Below are positions 1-8,410 of a stretch of DNA of 35,497 bases, piece after piece. The DNA comes from Minisyncoccota bacterium (GTDB lineage: Bacteria > Patescibacteriota > Minisyncoccia > Phycocordibacterales > Phycocordibacteraceae): assembly GCA_035628215.1 (NCBI GenBank), contig DASPKG010000054.1, forward strand, positions 1-35,497. Reading direction: 5' to 3'. The position numbers were made by a program, and so were the translations under genes. A model generated the notes under the pieces. It was not told where the DNA came from. It searched no databases and worked only from the letters and a program-made list of their open reading frames with translations. The first letter of the stretch is position 1. The number at the start of each line of letters is the position of its first letter.

Positions 1-333
1 GGCGGGCCCGAGCCCGTCGGCCGGATCGTCCACGTAGCGCACGAAGGTGCGGGTCTCGAACGAGATCCCGTTCTCGGTCGAGACGACGATCTGCGGGATG
101 ACGCCCGCAGGGATGCCGCCCTGGGTGCCGAGCTCGTCGTATGGGAGCGAGCGGATGTACTCGAGGTGCCGCGCGGCGATCGAGGTCGCGATCGCCTTCG
201 ATTTCGTGAGCGACGAGACTACGAAGGAGGCGCGCAGGAGCCCGAAGAGCCCCACGAAAACGATGAGCGTCACCGCCGAGCCGATGATGACGTCCATGAG
301 CGACATGCCGCGGGTGGGCGTGTAGAAGAACAT
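1..333 (-). CDS. Prepilin-type (type IV pilin/pseudopilin, PilV-like) protein; C-terminus lies beyond the window edge
   Basis: My own minus-strand translation from ATG 333..331; the frame stays open to position 1, so it is absent from the ORF track. It reads MFFYTPTRG/MSLMDVIIGSAVTLIVFVGLFGLL..., a short leader ending in G followed by a hydrophobic helix with an acidic residue at +5 (class III signal / N-methylation motif). A TATCAT box (340-345 on +) sits 6 nt upstream of the ATG. Confidence 0.6.
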   Translation of the reverse strand, partial: MFFYTPTRGMSLMDVIIGSAVTLIVFVGLFGLLRASFVVSSLTKSKAIATSIAARHLEYIRSLPYDELGTQGGIPAGVIPQIVVSTENGISFETRTFVRYVDDPADGLGPA

Positions 334-359
334 GGAACCATGATAGCGCACGCGCGCCC

Positions 360-661
360 TTAGAAGCGGAATTCGTCGACGACCGTACGATCGCGCGCCT
401 CATCGCGAGCAAGGAGGGTGAGCAGCGTTGCGTGGTGCCGGCTTCCGGGCGGGAAGTCCCCTCCGTGGAGATGAGCTCAACCAAGCGCCCCGCGACGGCC
501 GCCCTAAGGTCGCGGCGGAGCTCGTCGAGGCCCTCGTGCTCCGGAAGGCGAAACATGGCATCACGCTGCAGTGGAGCGGGGTGGCCTGCCCTGCCCGGGT
601 ACGGCGTCCCTACCGGCATCGGCTCGATGGGAATGAGCAGGAGATGGGCGGTGGCCTCCAT
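360..661 (-). pseudogene. Unassigned ~100-codon reading frame with an apparent frameshift (or an assembly indel)
   Basis: ATG at 661..659 lies 6 nt after a CATACT box (668-673 on +), the same geometry as other starts here. This frame (MEATAHLLLIPIEPMPVGTPYPGRAGHPAPLQRDAMFRLPEHEGLDELRRDLRAAVAGRLVELIS...) has no stop before it would overrun the pilin gene. Another frame, open only below 477, ends in a plausible ...TLLTLLARDEARDRTVVDEFRF-TAA at 362..360. The span of 302 nt is not a multiple of 3. Confidence 0.3.
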
Positions 662-700
662 GGGCGGAGTATGCATGGCCCAGCATGCGATACTGTCGGC

Positions 701-1537
701 ATGGATATACGCGCCACATATCACCGGCTCATTGAGACCATCGAGGATGCAGGAACGCTCGCCTTCGCGTATTTCAACGCCAATGAGAGCGCGAACGAGC
801 TGAAGGACGATGGCTCGGTGGTCACCAAGGTGGACCAGGAGATCGAGACGCGGCTGCTTGCGTTCATCAACCAGCAGTTCCCGGACGACGCGATCGTCGG
901 GGAGGAGCACGGCTCGAAGGACGGCACCTCCGGCTTCGTATGGCATGTGGACCCCATCGACGGGACCGATAATTTCATCCGGAAGATCCCCTTCTGCGCG
1001 GTATCGGTCGCGCGGCTGGGCGATACCGCCGAAGACTCCTTCGGCATCGTGCACAATCCCTTCACGCGCCAGACCTTCTCGTCGCTCATGGACGAGGGCG
1101 TCTACGAGAACGAGCACGTCCATAACCTGACCGCCGATCCGCTTGGTGGCCGGTACGTCATCTCGATCGGCCGGGGGAAGACCGAGGAATGGATGCGTCC
1201 CGCAGGCTTTGCGCTCCAGAAGGAGCTGGCGGTCGCCTTCGGGAAATGCCACGCCTACGGCTCAAGCGCGCTCGAGCTCGCGTACGTGGCCGCAAACCGC
1301 ATCGACGCATACCTCACCTTCGGCCTTAAGTCCTACGACTATGCTGCGGGATTATTTCTCGTGGCTTCCGCAGGCGGCGCGATCAGCGTCTTCGAGGAGG
1401 GCGCCTGGAGGCGCTGGACGGGGAGCTTGAAGGAGCTCTGCTCGACCCACGAGCGGATCATCTTCGCCTCGCATCCCGATATCCATGCGAAGATGCTCGA
1501 CTTCATCGGCGATCCACACGCGTGGGCAGACCGCTAG
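701..1537 (+). CDS. Inositol monophosphatase family protein (IMPase/SuhB-like)
   Basis: WHVDPIDGTDNF motif and family-typical layout. I start at internal ATG 701 (MDIRATYHRLIETIEDAG), which follows a GATACT box by 6 nt. The 428-700 extension of the track ORF is Arg/Gly-rich and not protein-like. Confidence 0.85.
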   Translation: MDIRATYHRLIETIEDAGTLAFAYFNANESANELKDDGSVVTKVDQEIETRLLAFINQQFPDDAIVGEEHGSKDGTSGFVWHVDPIDGTDNFIRKIPFCAVSVARLGDTAEDSFGIVHNPFTRQTFSSLMDEGVYENEHVHNLTADPLGGRYVISIGRGKTEEWMRPAGFALQKELAVAFGKCHAYGSSALELAYVAANRIDAYLTFGLKSYDYAAGLFLVASAGGAISVFEEGAWRRWTGSLKELCSTHERIIFASHPDIHAKMLDFIGDPHAWADR

Positions 1538-1837
1538 CTAGAGATACGAAAGCGCAAAGACAAGCACGATCGCGAGCAGGACGTAGCCCATGAAGATGCC
1601 GAGCGTCGTGAGGAAGAAGCGGATGCCTTCTTCGGCCTTCCCATCGCGAAATAGAATGAGTGGCTTGGCGAAGAAGAGGTAGGCCATGAGCGCGGCAGAG
1701 AACACGAGGGTGCCGAGCACGGCCATGGGGACGAGGATGGTCTCCTTGGGCTCGAAGAATGTGGAGATGCTCCAGACGCTGGTAACCAGAAGCGCGATGT
1801 AGAGCGCGGCGGCCGTAGCGTGGCGGAAGGGGGTCAT
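1538..1837 (-). CDS. Small integral membrane protein (about 3 TM, 99 aa)
   Basis: This is the C-terminal part of track ORF 1538..2245, from ATG 1837: MTPFRHATAAALYIALLVTSVW...VLLAIVLVFALSYL. It lies directly downstream of and co-oriented with the diiron-oxidase-like gene. The upstream part of the track ORF overlaps that gene and is Arg-rich junk. Confidence 0.5.
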   Translation of the reverse strand: MTPFRHATAAALYIALLVTSVWSISTFFEPKETILVPMAVLGTLVFSAALMAYLFFAKPLILFRDGKAEEGIRFFLTTLGIFMGYVLLAIVLVFALSYL

Positions 1838-1947
1838 GCCTGTAAGAACAAAGGTAAGAATGAGAAGGTTACGATAGTCTGGGACGACGTTGGAACCCTC
1901 GTATAGAGAAGAGCCCGCCGAAGCGGGCTCGCCGAGTAAGTCCACTG

Positions 1948-2616
1948 TCAGTGGAAGACGTGCCGGTCGAAGCCGTCCCACATTTTCGCGAGTGCGGCCG
2001 CTCCCAGCTCTGCGCCCTGCCGCAGCTTCTCGCCGTCCCCTTCTGCGTCGTAGCGGAGGAAGCCGGCTTCGGCTGCATGTACATGCTCCTCTTCTGCCCG
2101 GCTGTGATACTGGAAGTACTCGAGGGAATCCGGTGAAAAGCCGTTTCCCTTGAGTCCTTCGAAGAAGGCCGGATGGATCGATGCGGCGATCCGTTCGAGC
2201 GCGTAGTGGTAACCATAGGCGACGATGGGGTCGCCATCGCGCCAAACCTTGAGCGTGGTCTCGCCGAACTCGGCGACTTCCGGGATCATTTCGAGCGAGT
2301 CGATCTGATCGGCCGAAAGCCCGGCGCCCTCGATCATGAACTTGCGGAGGAGCCGGGCGTGCACCTTGTCTGGTTCGCCATTGCCGTACTCGTCGCGCAG
2401 GATCTCGATGAGCTCCCGACGGGTCTCATCGTCCTCGGTGATGGCGACGAGGAACGGAAAGGCTCGCTTGTGGTTGCGGGCCGCCAGATACCACTGGGCG
2501 GCGAAGCGTGCGATCTGCTCGGAAGTCTTTTCCCCCGAGAACCTGGAAAAGAACGGATGGTGCGAGGCCATTGCCGGACTCGCATCCAGTTCCCGCTCAA
2601 GCTGTTTGAGTGACAT
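1948..2616 (-). CDS. Heme-oxygenase-like diiron / 'iron-containing redox enzyme' family protein (CADD/PqqC/TenA fold)
   Basis: HHPFF...QWYL...LRDEYGNGEPDKVHARLL (E..G....H) and YFQYHSRAEEEHVH (H...E..H) ligand-type motifs. AGGAGG lies 5 nt upstream of ATG 2616. Confidence 0.75.
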   Translation of the reverse strand: MSLKQLERELDASPAMASHHPFFSRFSGEKTSEQIARFAAQWYLAARNHKRAFPFLVAITEDDETRRELIEILRDEYGNGEPDKVHARLLRKFMIEGAGLSADQIDSLEMIPEVAEFGETTLKVWRDGDPIVAYGYHYALERIAASIHPAFFEGLKGNGFSPDSLEYFQYHSRAEEEHVHAAEAGFLRYDAEGDGEKLRQGAELGAAALAKMWDGFDRHVFH

Positions 2617-2714
2617 TGCTGCCTCCTGTTGGTGGGCGGGTCCCGGAGTTAGAACCCGAAGGTATTTTGGAAGTGATCGGCCAAATGGACAGGAAATGGA
2701 TCTAGATGGGTTCC

Positions 2715-2735
2715 TTGTCTACCAAAAGTAGACAA
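2715..2735. promoter_or_regulatory. Perfect 8-bp inverted repeat TTGTCTAC-N5-GTAGACAA, a candidate operator upstream of the wHTH gene
   Basis: Read directly from the sequence. It lies 28 nt upstream of ATG 2763. Confidence 0.4.
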
Positions 2736-2762
2736 AGTGAGGAATTCTTGTACTCTCGCTAT

Positions 2763-3578
2763 ATGAAGATGACCTTCTCTTCGCTGGAGAATTCGATTCT
2801 CATGGAGGTAATACATACTCCGCGAAGTGTCGCTGAGTTGTACCAGAAGTATGTCGAGAGAAGCCGCTGTTCCCGAGCGGGGTTCTATAAGGCAGTCGCC
2901 TCTCTTAAAAAGAAGGAGGTTGTAGTAGAGGAGGGCCGCCTTTTGTCAGTCAATAAGATTTGGCTTGCTGACTCCTATGACTTCTTCCGGAAACTCGTAC
3001 GGCAAAAGACAACACCGAGCTACCTGGCTCAGGAAGTGTCCCGGCTTAATAAAGGAGATCGCCTCTCCTATACATTCCATTCAATTGCCGAGATCGATAT
3101 ATTCGTCCTCAATCTTCTCTATGATCTTCTCCTTCTGAAGATCGATACGAAGGCATTAATTCTTGAAGCCCATGAATTCTTTGTGCTTTTGAACGATTCG
3201 CGCACTAGGCGAATCATGGGAGAGCTCGCCAATATAGGGGGTAGGGTTCATGTGCTGATAGAGGGCGGGACCGCGCTTGATAAGGAAGTGGTTAGGAGGT
3301 TTCTTCCTAAACCTGCCGAGGGGCATGTGGTGGACACGAAAAGTGCGAGCTCATCAAATATCTTGCATGTTATAGGCGATGTCTGTATTGAGCTTAAGCT
3401 AAACAAGCAACTAGCCGTATCCCTAAATCACCTTTTTGCAGCAAACGAAAAAATGACTGATGGGTTCAGGACTGACCTCGAAAATCTCCTCTCGAAAAAG
3501 CGGAAACATGAGGTAGTTATTTACCGAGATAGCAGTAAAGCATCCCGGCTACGGGGTCGATTTAAGAAGTATTTCTAG
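2763..3578 (+). CDS. Winged-helix (TrmB/MarR-like N-terminus) putative regulator, in a low-GC gene
   Basis: N-terminus SILMEVIHTPRSVAELYQK...RAGFYKAVASLKKKEVVVEEG resembles a wHTH. The architecture (about 270 aa: wHTH plus a C-terminal domain) parallels the two TrmB-like genes in the window. The start is chosen at ATG 2763, downstream of the palindrome. GC is visibly lower than in the flanks. Confidence 0.5.
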   Translation: MKMTFSSLENSILMEVIHTPRSVAELYQKYVERSRCSRAGFYKAVASLKKKEVVVEEGRLLSVNKIWLADSYDFFRKLVRQKTTPSYLAQEVSRLNKGDRLSYTFHSIAEIDIFVLNLLYDLLLLKIDTKALILEAHEFFVLLNDSRTRRIMGELANIGGRVHVLIEGGTALDKEVVRRFLPKPAEGHVVDTKSASSSNILHVIGDVCIELKLNKQLAVSLNHLFAANEKMTDGFRTDLENLLSKKRKHEVVIYRDSSKASRLRGRFKKYF

Positions 3579-3640
3579 ACTGGAGACTCTTCGGATAACC
3601 GAACCTGCCTCGACTTGTCTGAAAGCCCAGATTTCAAACC

Positions 3641-4858
3641 CTAAATCTTATCTGACAGCGAGTAGATCGGGCTGATCATCGAGAGCGCGAAGATGCCCAC
3701 TACGCCGCCGATGAAGAGCATGAGCACTGGCTCGATGATAGTCGAGAGGTCCTTCGTGCGGTCTTCGACATCGCTCTCGTAGTATTCGGCCACCTGCCCG
3801 AGCATGTCCGCCACCTTGCCGGTCTCTTCCCCGACCGCGATCATGTCGGCGATGAAGACCGGGTAGAGCTTCGGGTAATCGTTGAAGGTCGCCGACAGCG
3901 TCTCGCCCTTGCGGACCCTCGTTTCCGCCTCCGCGATGACCTTGCTGAAGCGCCGCTCCCCCACTACTTCCGCGGTGATGGAGAGCGCGGAGAGCATCTC
4001 GACGCCCGCCGACAGAAGCGAGGCAAGCGCACGGGCCGCGCGCGCGCTGTACGTCTCACGCACAAGCTCCCCGATGACCGGGATGCGGAGCGCGACCGCC
4101 ACCACGATGCTCGAGCCGGTCTTGGTCCGCGTGAAGAGGATGATGCCTGCGACAATGATCGCAAAGAGGGTCAGGACGAGGATGGGATGGCTCGCCATAA
4201 AGTCGGAGGCGCCGATCACGGCCTTCGTTGCCGCCGGCAATTCCACCCCGAGCTCCTTGAAGGTATTCGAGAGGGTCGGGACGACGTAGATGAGCATCAG
4301 GATGCCGATCAAGACCACCGCGACGAGGATGATCGAGGGGTAGATCATCGCCCCCTTGATCTTCTTATTGAGGGAATGCGCCCGGTCCATCTGCCGCGCC
4401 ACGACCTTCAGGGCCTCCGCGAGCGTGCCCGACTCCTCGCCCGCCTTCGTCATCGCGATGAAAAGGTCCGAGAAGATGTTGCGGTGCGCGGCCAAGGCCT
4501 CATGGAAGGCCTCGCCCTTCTTCACGCGCTCGGAGAGGTCCACGACGATCTTCTTCAGGGACTTATTGGTCGACTGCCGCTCGATGACCGAGAGGGCGCG
4601 GGAGAGCGAGAGGCCCGCGGTGAGCATGGCGGAGAGGTTCTTGGTGAACGTGATGCGCTCCTCCATCTTCACCCCGCTGCCGATCTGCACCTCCGCGAGC
4701 TTCGCGAGGAAGGGCGGCATCCCGCCGCCCTCGTCCACCGACACGACGGTGGCGCCCTCCTTCTCGGCATCGGTGTACACCGCGAACCGAGACGGCGCGT
4801 CCATCGTCCGCTTTTCCTCGGAGCCGTCCGCACGCTTCAGCGTCACGCGGTACTTCAT
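3641..4858 (-). CDS. pilC: Type IV pilus assembly platform protein PilC (GspF family)
   Basis: 405 aa with two GspF-type repeats and 3 TM segments, plus family-typical sequence (FTKNLSAMLTAGLSLSRAL...; ...MLFIGGVVGFIALSMISPIY-like C-terminus). Confidence 0.9.
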   Translation of the reverse strand: MKYRVTLKRADGSEEKRTMDAPSRFAVYTDAEKEGATVVSVDEGGGMPPFLAKLAEVQIGSGVKMEERITFTKNLSAMLTAGLSLSRALSVIERQSTNKSLKKIVVDLSERVKKGEAFHEALAAHRNIFSDLFIAMTKAGEESGTLAEALKVVARQMDRAHSLNKKIKGAMIYPSIILVAVVLIGILMLIYVVPTLSNTFKELGVELPAATKAVIGASDFMASHPILVLTLFAIIVAGIILFTRTKTGSSIVVAVALRIPVIGELVRETYSARAARALASLLSAGVEMLSALSITAEVVGERRFSKVIAEAETRVRKGETLSATFNDYPKLYPVFIADMIAVGEETGKVADMLGQVAEYYESDVEDRTKDLSTIIEPVLMLFIGGVVGIFALSMISPIYSLSDKI

Positions 4859-4930
4859 TATGCAAAAATCTTAGCACGCACAAACGTTCGGCCCGGGTCC
4901 CCGCGAGGGAGAACCGGGCCAACGCGAACG

Positions 4931-5302
4931 TCACTTCGCTGACTCAGCGAGCGAATGCCCCACCACGATCTGGACGAACCAGGTGAACGCGAGCGGGACG
5001 CAGCCGGCGAGGGCCACGAGCCAGCACACGCTGCCGATGACCAGCATCTGCGGCCCGTACGAGGCCCCGATGGTGCCGAAGATGAGGCCGACGAAGAACA
5101 GGCCGATGGTGAATGCGGCGATCGGCACGAGCTCGGCCCTCGAGATGTGGAGCAGCAGGAGCGCGATGAGCGCAGCGAGCACGCCTGCCGGGACCACATG
5201 CGGCACCTTCATCAGGTACGGCACGTCGCCGAGCATCGCATGCGACGCGAGCCCGACCACGATCGCAGCGACGATCGCCGAAACAGTCATCAAGGATTTC
5301 AT
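4931..5302 (-). CDS. Hypothetical 4-TM membrane protein
   Basis: 123 aa and strongly hydrophobic. GGAGG lies 7 nt before ATG 5302. A GGCCCGG...CCGGGCC hairpin follows the stop. The gene sits between pilB and pilC in the same orientation. Confidence 0.6.
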   Translation of the reverse strand: MKSLMTVSAIVAAIVVGLASHAMLGDVPYLMKVPHVVPAGVLAALIALLLLHISRAELVPIAAFTIGLFFVGLIFGTIGASYGPQMLVIGSVCWLVALAGCVPLAFTWFVQIVVGHSLAESAK

Positions 5303-5426
5303 GGAACATCCTCCCAGCTGCAGAGTGCAGCTCTGCCGTATTTATACCTCCATTACGCACGCGCATCGCTCGCTATCCCCGATATATGGACTGACCGCCT
5401 TCCCTGGGGTGGAAAGGCGGTCGGGG

Positions 5427-5639
5427 TCAGGCGGCACGAGCCGTGACATTGAGGACGATGTTGTCCTGGTGATCGAGGACCAGGTAGACATGGTGCGCGA
5501 AGGACTTGCTGAAGCTTCGGGCGAGTGCGAGCGCCTCCATAAGCTCGCAGGGTTCGCTCGTCGCCACTAGTCCGCCGTGCGTGTCGTTCACCTCGCCGAC
5601 AATGCACTTGCCGCTTGGTACCCGCCGTAATTCACTCAA
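5427..5639 (-). CDS. Hypothetical small protein (70 aa, TTG start)
   Basis: High GC3 in this frame. It lies 65 nt downstream of pilB and is followed by a 9-bp hairpin GACCGCCTT...AAGGCGGTC (5389-5418). There is no recognisable family and the start codon is uncertain. Confidence 0.35.
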   Translation of the reverse strand: MSELRRVPSGKCIVGEVNDTHGGLVATSEPCELMEALALARSFSKSFAHHVYLVLDHQDNIVLNVTARAA

Positions 5640-5704
5640 CAGGGCAGTACCCCTGTATGATCTCCTTACTTCACTCTATACCCAGCAGGGCCTTCGGGAC
5701 AGCG

Positions 5705-7465
5705 CTAGGCACTATCGGTCACCGCGCGCAGCACCTCCTCGATGGAGGTCGTGCCCTTGGCGGCCTTGTAGAGGCCGTCCTCGAGCATGGTGAGCATGCC
5801 TTCCTTCCTCGCCTGCTCCTCGATCTGGTCCGAGGTCCCGCTATGGAGGATGAGGTCGCGGATCGCCGGCGAGACGGTGAGCACCTCGTGGATGCCGATG
5901 CGGCCCTTGTACCCTTCCTCGCACTCGGTGCTCGGCGTGGGCTTATAGAACGGGAGGGTATCGAGCTTCACGGTCGTCTTCACGAGCTTCTCGTCGTGGA
6001 GCGCCTTCAGCGCGGCCTCGAACTTGTCCTCATGCGCGACCTTCGCGCGCTCCTCGCTATCCAAGGTGTACTGCTCCTTTCCTTCGCAGAGCCTTCGGAC
6101 GAGCCGCTGGCCCACGACGACGCGAAGCGTCGACACCATGAGGAACGGCTCGACGCCCATATCGATGAGGCGCGGGATCGCGCCCGAGGCTGAGTTCGTA
6201 TGGATGGTCGAGAGCACGAGGTGGCCGGTCAAGGCCGCATTGATCGCAAGCGCCGCCGTCTCGCCGTCGCGGATCTCGCCCACCATGATGATGTTCGGGT
6301 CCTGGCGCAGGAGGGCGCGCAGCCCGTTGGCGAACGTGAACCCGATCGCGGGATTCACCTGCGTCTGATTCACGCGCTTCATCTGGTACTCGATCGGGTC
6401 CTCGACCGTGGAGATGTTCACGTCCGGCGTATTCAGAATATCGAGGATGGTATACAGGGTGGTCGTCTTGCCGGACCCGGTCGGCCCTGACACGAGGATG
6501 ATGCCGGTCGTCAGGCGGGTCGCGGTATGGATGCGCTCCAAGGTCTCGCCATGGAAGCCGAGCGCCTCAAGCGAGAAGCCCTCGGCGCCGCCCTCGCGAA
6601 GGAGGCGCATCACGACCTTCTCGCCGTAGTAGGTCGGCAGGAGCGATACGCGGAAGGACACCGCCTCCGACTCCGTCTGCATCTTGAAACGGCCGTCCTG
6701 CGGGAGCCGCTTCTCGTCGAGCTTCAAATTCGCCAAGACCTTGATGCGAGCGACCAGGCCCGCGGCCGCGTTCTTCGGGAGGGTCATGGCGTCATGCAGG
6801 ACGCCGTCGATGCGGTACCGGACGATGACCTCCGTCTCCGAGTGCTCGATGTGGATGTCGGAGGCGTCCTGGATGATGGCGTGGCGAAGCAGCGTGTCCA
6901 CGATGCGCACGATCGGCAGGTCCTCGGCCATCTTCTTGAGGTCCTCGCCCGAGACCTCCTCCCCGCCCGCCTCCTTGATGAGGTTGAGCTTCCCGGCCTC
7001 GGTGGAGATGAGGTCGCCGAACTCCTCCTTCAGCGACTTCTGGTATTGCACGAGGACCGACTTCAGAGATTCATCGTCCGTAAGGCGGGGGAGGATCTTC
7101 AACCCCGTCTTCTTCTTCACGGACTCGATCGAGGCGAGGTCTTCTGTATCGAGCATGGCGATCTCGAGGTCGTTGCCGCTCTTCCTGAACGCGACGATGG
7201 AGTGCGTGCGGGCGATGGGCTCGGGGATCAAGGAGAGCACGTCGAGCGGGATCTTGCGGTCCTTCAGGTTCACGAAGGGGATGCCGAGCACGTACGCCTT
7301 GATGCGGCGGAGCGCGTCAGCCGAGAGCGTCCCACGCGAGACGAGGATATCGCCGATGGATTGGCCGCGCTCCTCCGCTTCCTTCGCGGCATCCTCGACG
7401 TCCTTCCGGGCAACGAGTCCGGAATCGAGGATGAACTCTTTGAGTTCGCTTTCTGATACCTGCAT
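5705..7465 (-). CDS. pilB: Type IV pilus assembly ATPase PilB (GspE family)
   Basis: 586 aa with an N-terminal T2SSE_N-like domain, Walker A GPTGSGKTTT, and Asp/His boxes typical of GspE/PilB. Confidence 0.92.
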   Translation of the reverse strand: MQVSESELKEFILDSGLVARKDVEDAAKEAEERGQSIGDILVSRGTLSADALRRIKAYVLGIPFVNLKDRKIPLDVLSLIPEPIARTHSIVAFRKSGNDLEIAMLDTEDLASIESVKKKTGLKILPRLTDDESLKSVLVQYQKSLKEEFGDLISTEAGKLNLIKEAGGEEVSGEDLKKMAEDLPIVRIVDTLLRHAIIQDASDIHIEHSETEVIVRYRIDGVLHDAMTLPKNAAAGLVARIKVLANLKLDEKRLPQDGRFKMQTESEAVSFRVSLLPTYYGEKVVMRLLREGGAEGFSLEALGFHGETLERIHTATRLTTGIILVSGPTGSGKTTTLYTILDILNTPDVNISTVEDPIEYQMKRVNQTQVNPAIGFTFANGLRALLRQDPNIIMVGEIRDGETAALAINAALTGHLVLSTIHTNSASGAIPRLIDMGVEPFLMVSTLRVVVGQRLVRRLCEGKEQYTLDSEERAKVAHEDKFEAALKALHDEKLVKTTVKLDTLPFYKPTPSTECEEGYKGRIGIHEVLTVSPAIRDLILHSGTSDQIEEQARKEGMLTMLEDGLYKAAKGTTSIEEVLRAVTDSA

Positions 7466-7496
7466 AGCTACGTGCTAAAAGTATAGCAGTCGCTGC

Positions 7497-8240
7497 TCAT
7501 AGATTGCGCCACATCACATTGAAAAGTTCGGTGTGCATCGTGATGATGCTCTTGTTTTCAATCGAGACGAGTATGCTTGGCTTCAGCATCTGCTGGATGA
7601 TCACCTTACGGGGCGTGACGACGAGGTTCGTATCTACCTTCGAGTCCGCGGGGAGCATTTTGATGGTCTCCTGGAAGTTTGTTTCGTGCTCCTTGTAGCG
7701 CCGTGCGGTTGACGAATCGACCAGCATCATCCGGATACGAAGCTTCTTCCGGTTGCGCTCGCGGATGAATTCCGTCGCGAAGCTCCCGTTCATGTCCTCC
7801 CACCGGTCCGGATCACCGACGACGAGGAACTCGTCATCGTGATTAAGCCCCTCGAGCATCTCGAAGTATGCGTTCCGGATCGCGCCTACGCCTTCGTAGT
7901 ACTTGATGAAGGATTCTCCCCGCTTGAGGTCGAACTGGGCCTCGAGCTCGGGCAGGAGATCGAGGAGCGCTCCGCGTCGCTGCTCGAGCATGCTCTCGAG
8001 CTTCTTCGGGTGCTCGGCCGCATAGAGCTGCTTGAACCCGCGGACGTCGGTCCGAACGAGACCCTTCTGCTTGAGGCTCTCAAGAACGTTATAAATCGTG
8101 GTTCGCTTCACCCCAGAGGCTCGAGAAATGCTTAGAACCGTTGCCGGGCCGAGCGAAAGCATGGCGATGTATACCGCCGCCTCGTTGGCGCCGAGGCCAA
8201 GACCCTCAAGAGACGCAGTAATTTCGGTACTTTTTGCCAT
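7497..8240 (-). CDS. TrmB-family transcriptional regulator
   Basis: N-terminus LGLGANEAAVYIAMLSLGPATVLSISRASGVKRTTIYNVLESLKQKGLV is a TrmB-type wHTH. A C-terminal domain of about 150 aa follows. Confidence 0.8.
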   Translation of the reverse strand: MAKSTEITASLEGLGLGANEAAVYIAMLSLGPATVLSISRASGVKRTTIYNVLESLKQKGLVRTDVRGFKQLYAAEHPKKLESMLEQRRGALLDLLPELEAQFDLKRGESFIKYYEGVGAIRNAYFEMLEGLNHDDEFLVVGDPDRWEDMNGSFATEFIRERNRKKLRIRMMLVDSSTARRYKEHETNFQETIKMLPADSKVDTNLVVTPRKVIIQQMLKPSILVSIENKSIITMHTELFNVMWRNL

Positions 8241-8253
8241 GGTGGAGCATATG

Positions 8254-8270
8254 TGTCGAGAAATTCGACA
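8254..8270. promoter_or_regulatory. Inverted repeat TGTCGA-gaaat-TCGACA, a candidate TrmB operator
   Basis: It lies 14 nt upstream of the TrmB ATG (8240), inside the divergent promoter region shared with the small ORF / YcaO unit. Confidence 0.45.
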
Positions 8271-8410
8271 ACATATTCACTTTACATCATATATTTAAAA
8301 GCAGCAAAAAATGCAAAAAGTCGACAAATATGACAGAAATGACCGCACTGACCTAGACTGACTGCGTCGGGATTCCCCTCCGATGACACATATTCCTTAA
8401 CCACGAAGCT

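Noticed and set aside
428-700. N-terminal 91-codon extension of the IMPase ORF (TTG 428)
   Set aside because: The extension is Arg/Gly/Pro-rich. The IMPase homology begins at MDIRATYH (ATG 701), which has its own -10 box 6 nt upstream.
6527-7478. 309-aa and 264-aa plus-strand ORFs over pilB
   Set aside because: They are antisense to PilB (Walker A GPTGSGKTTT) and have low-complexity composition.
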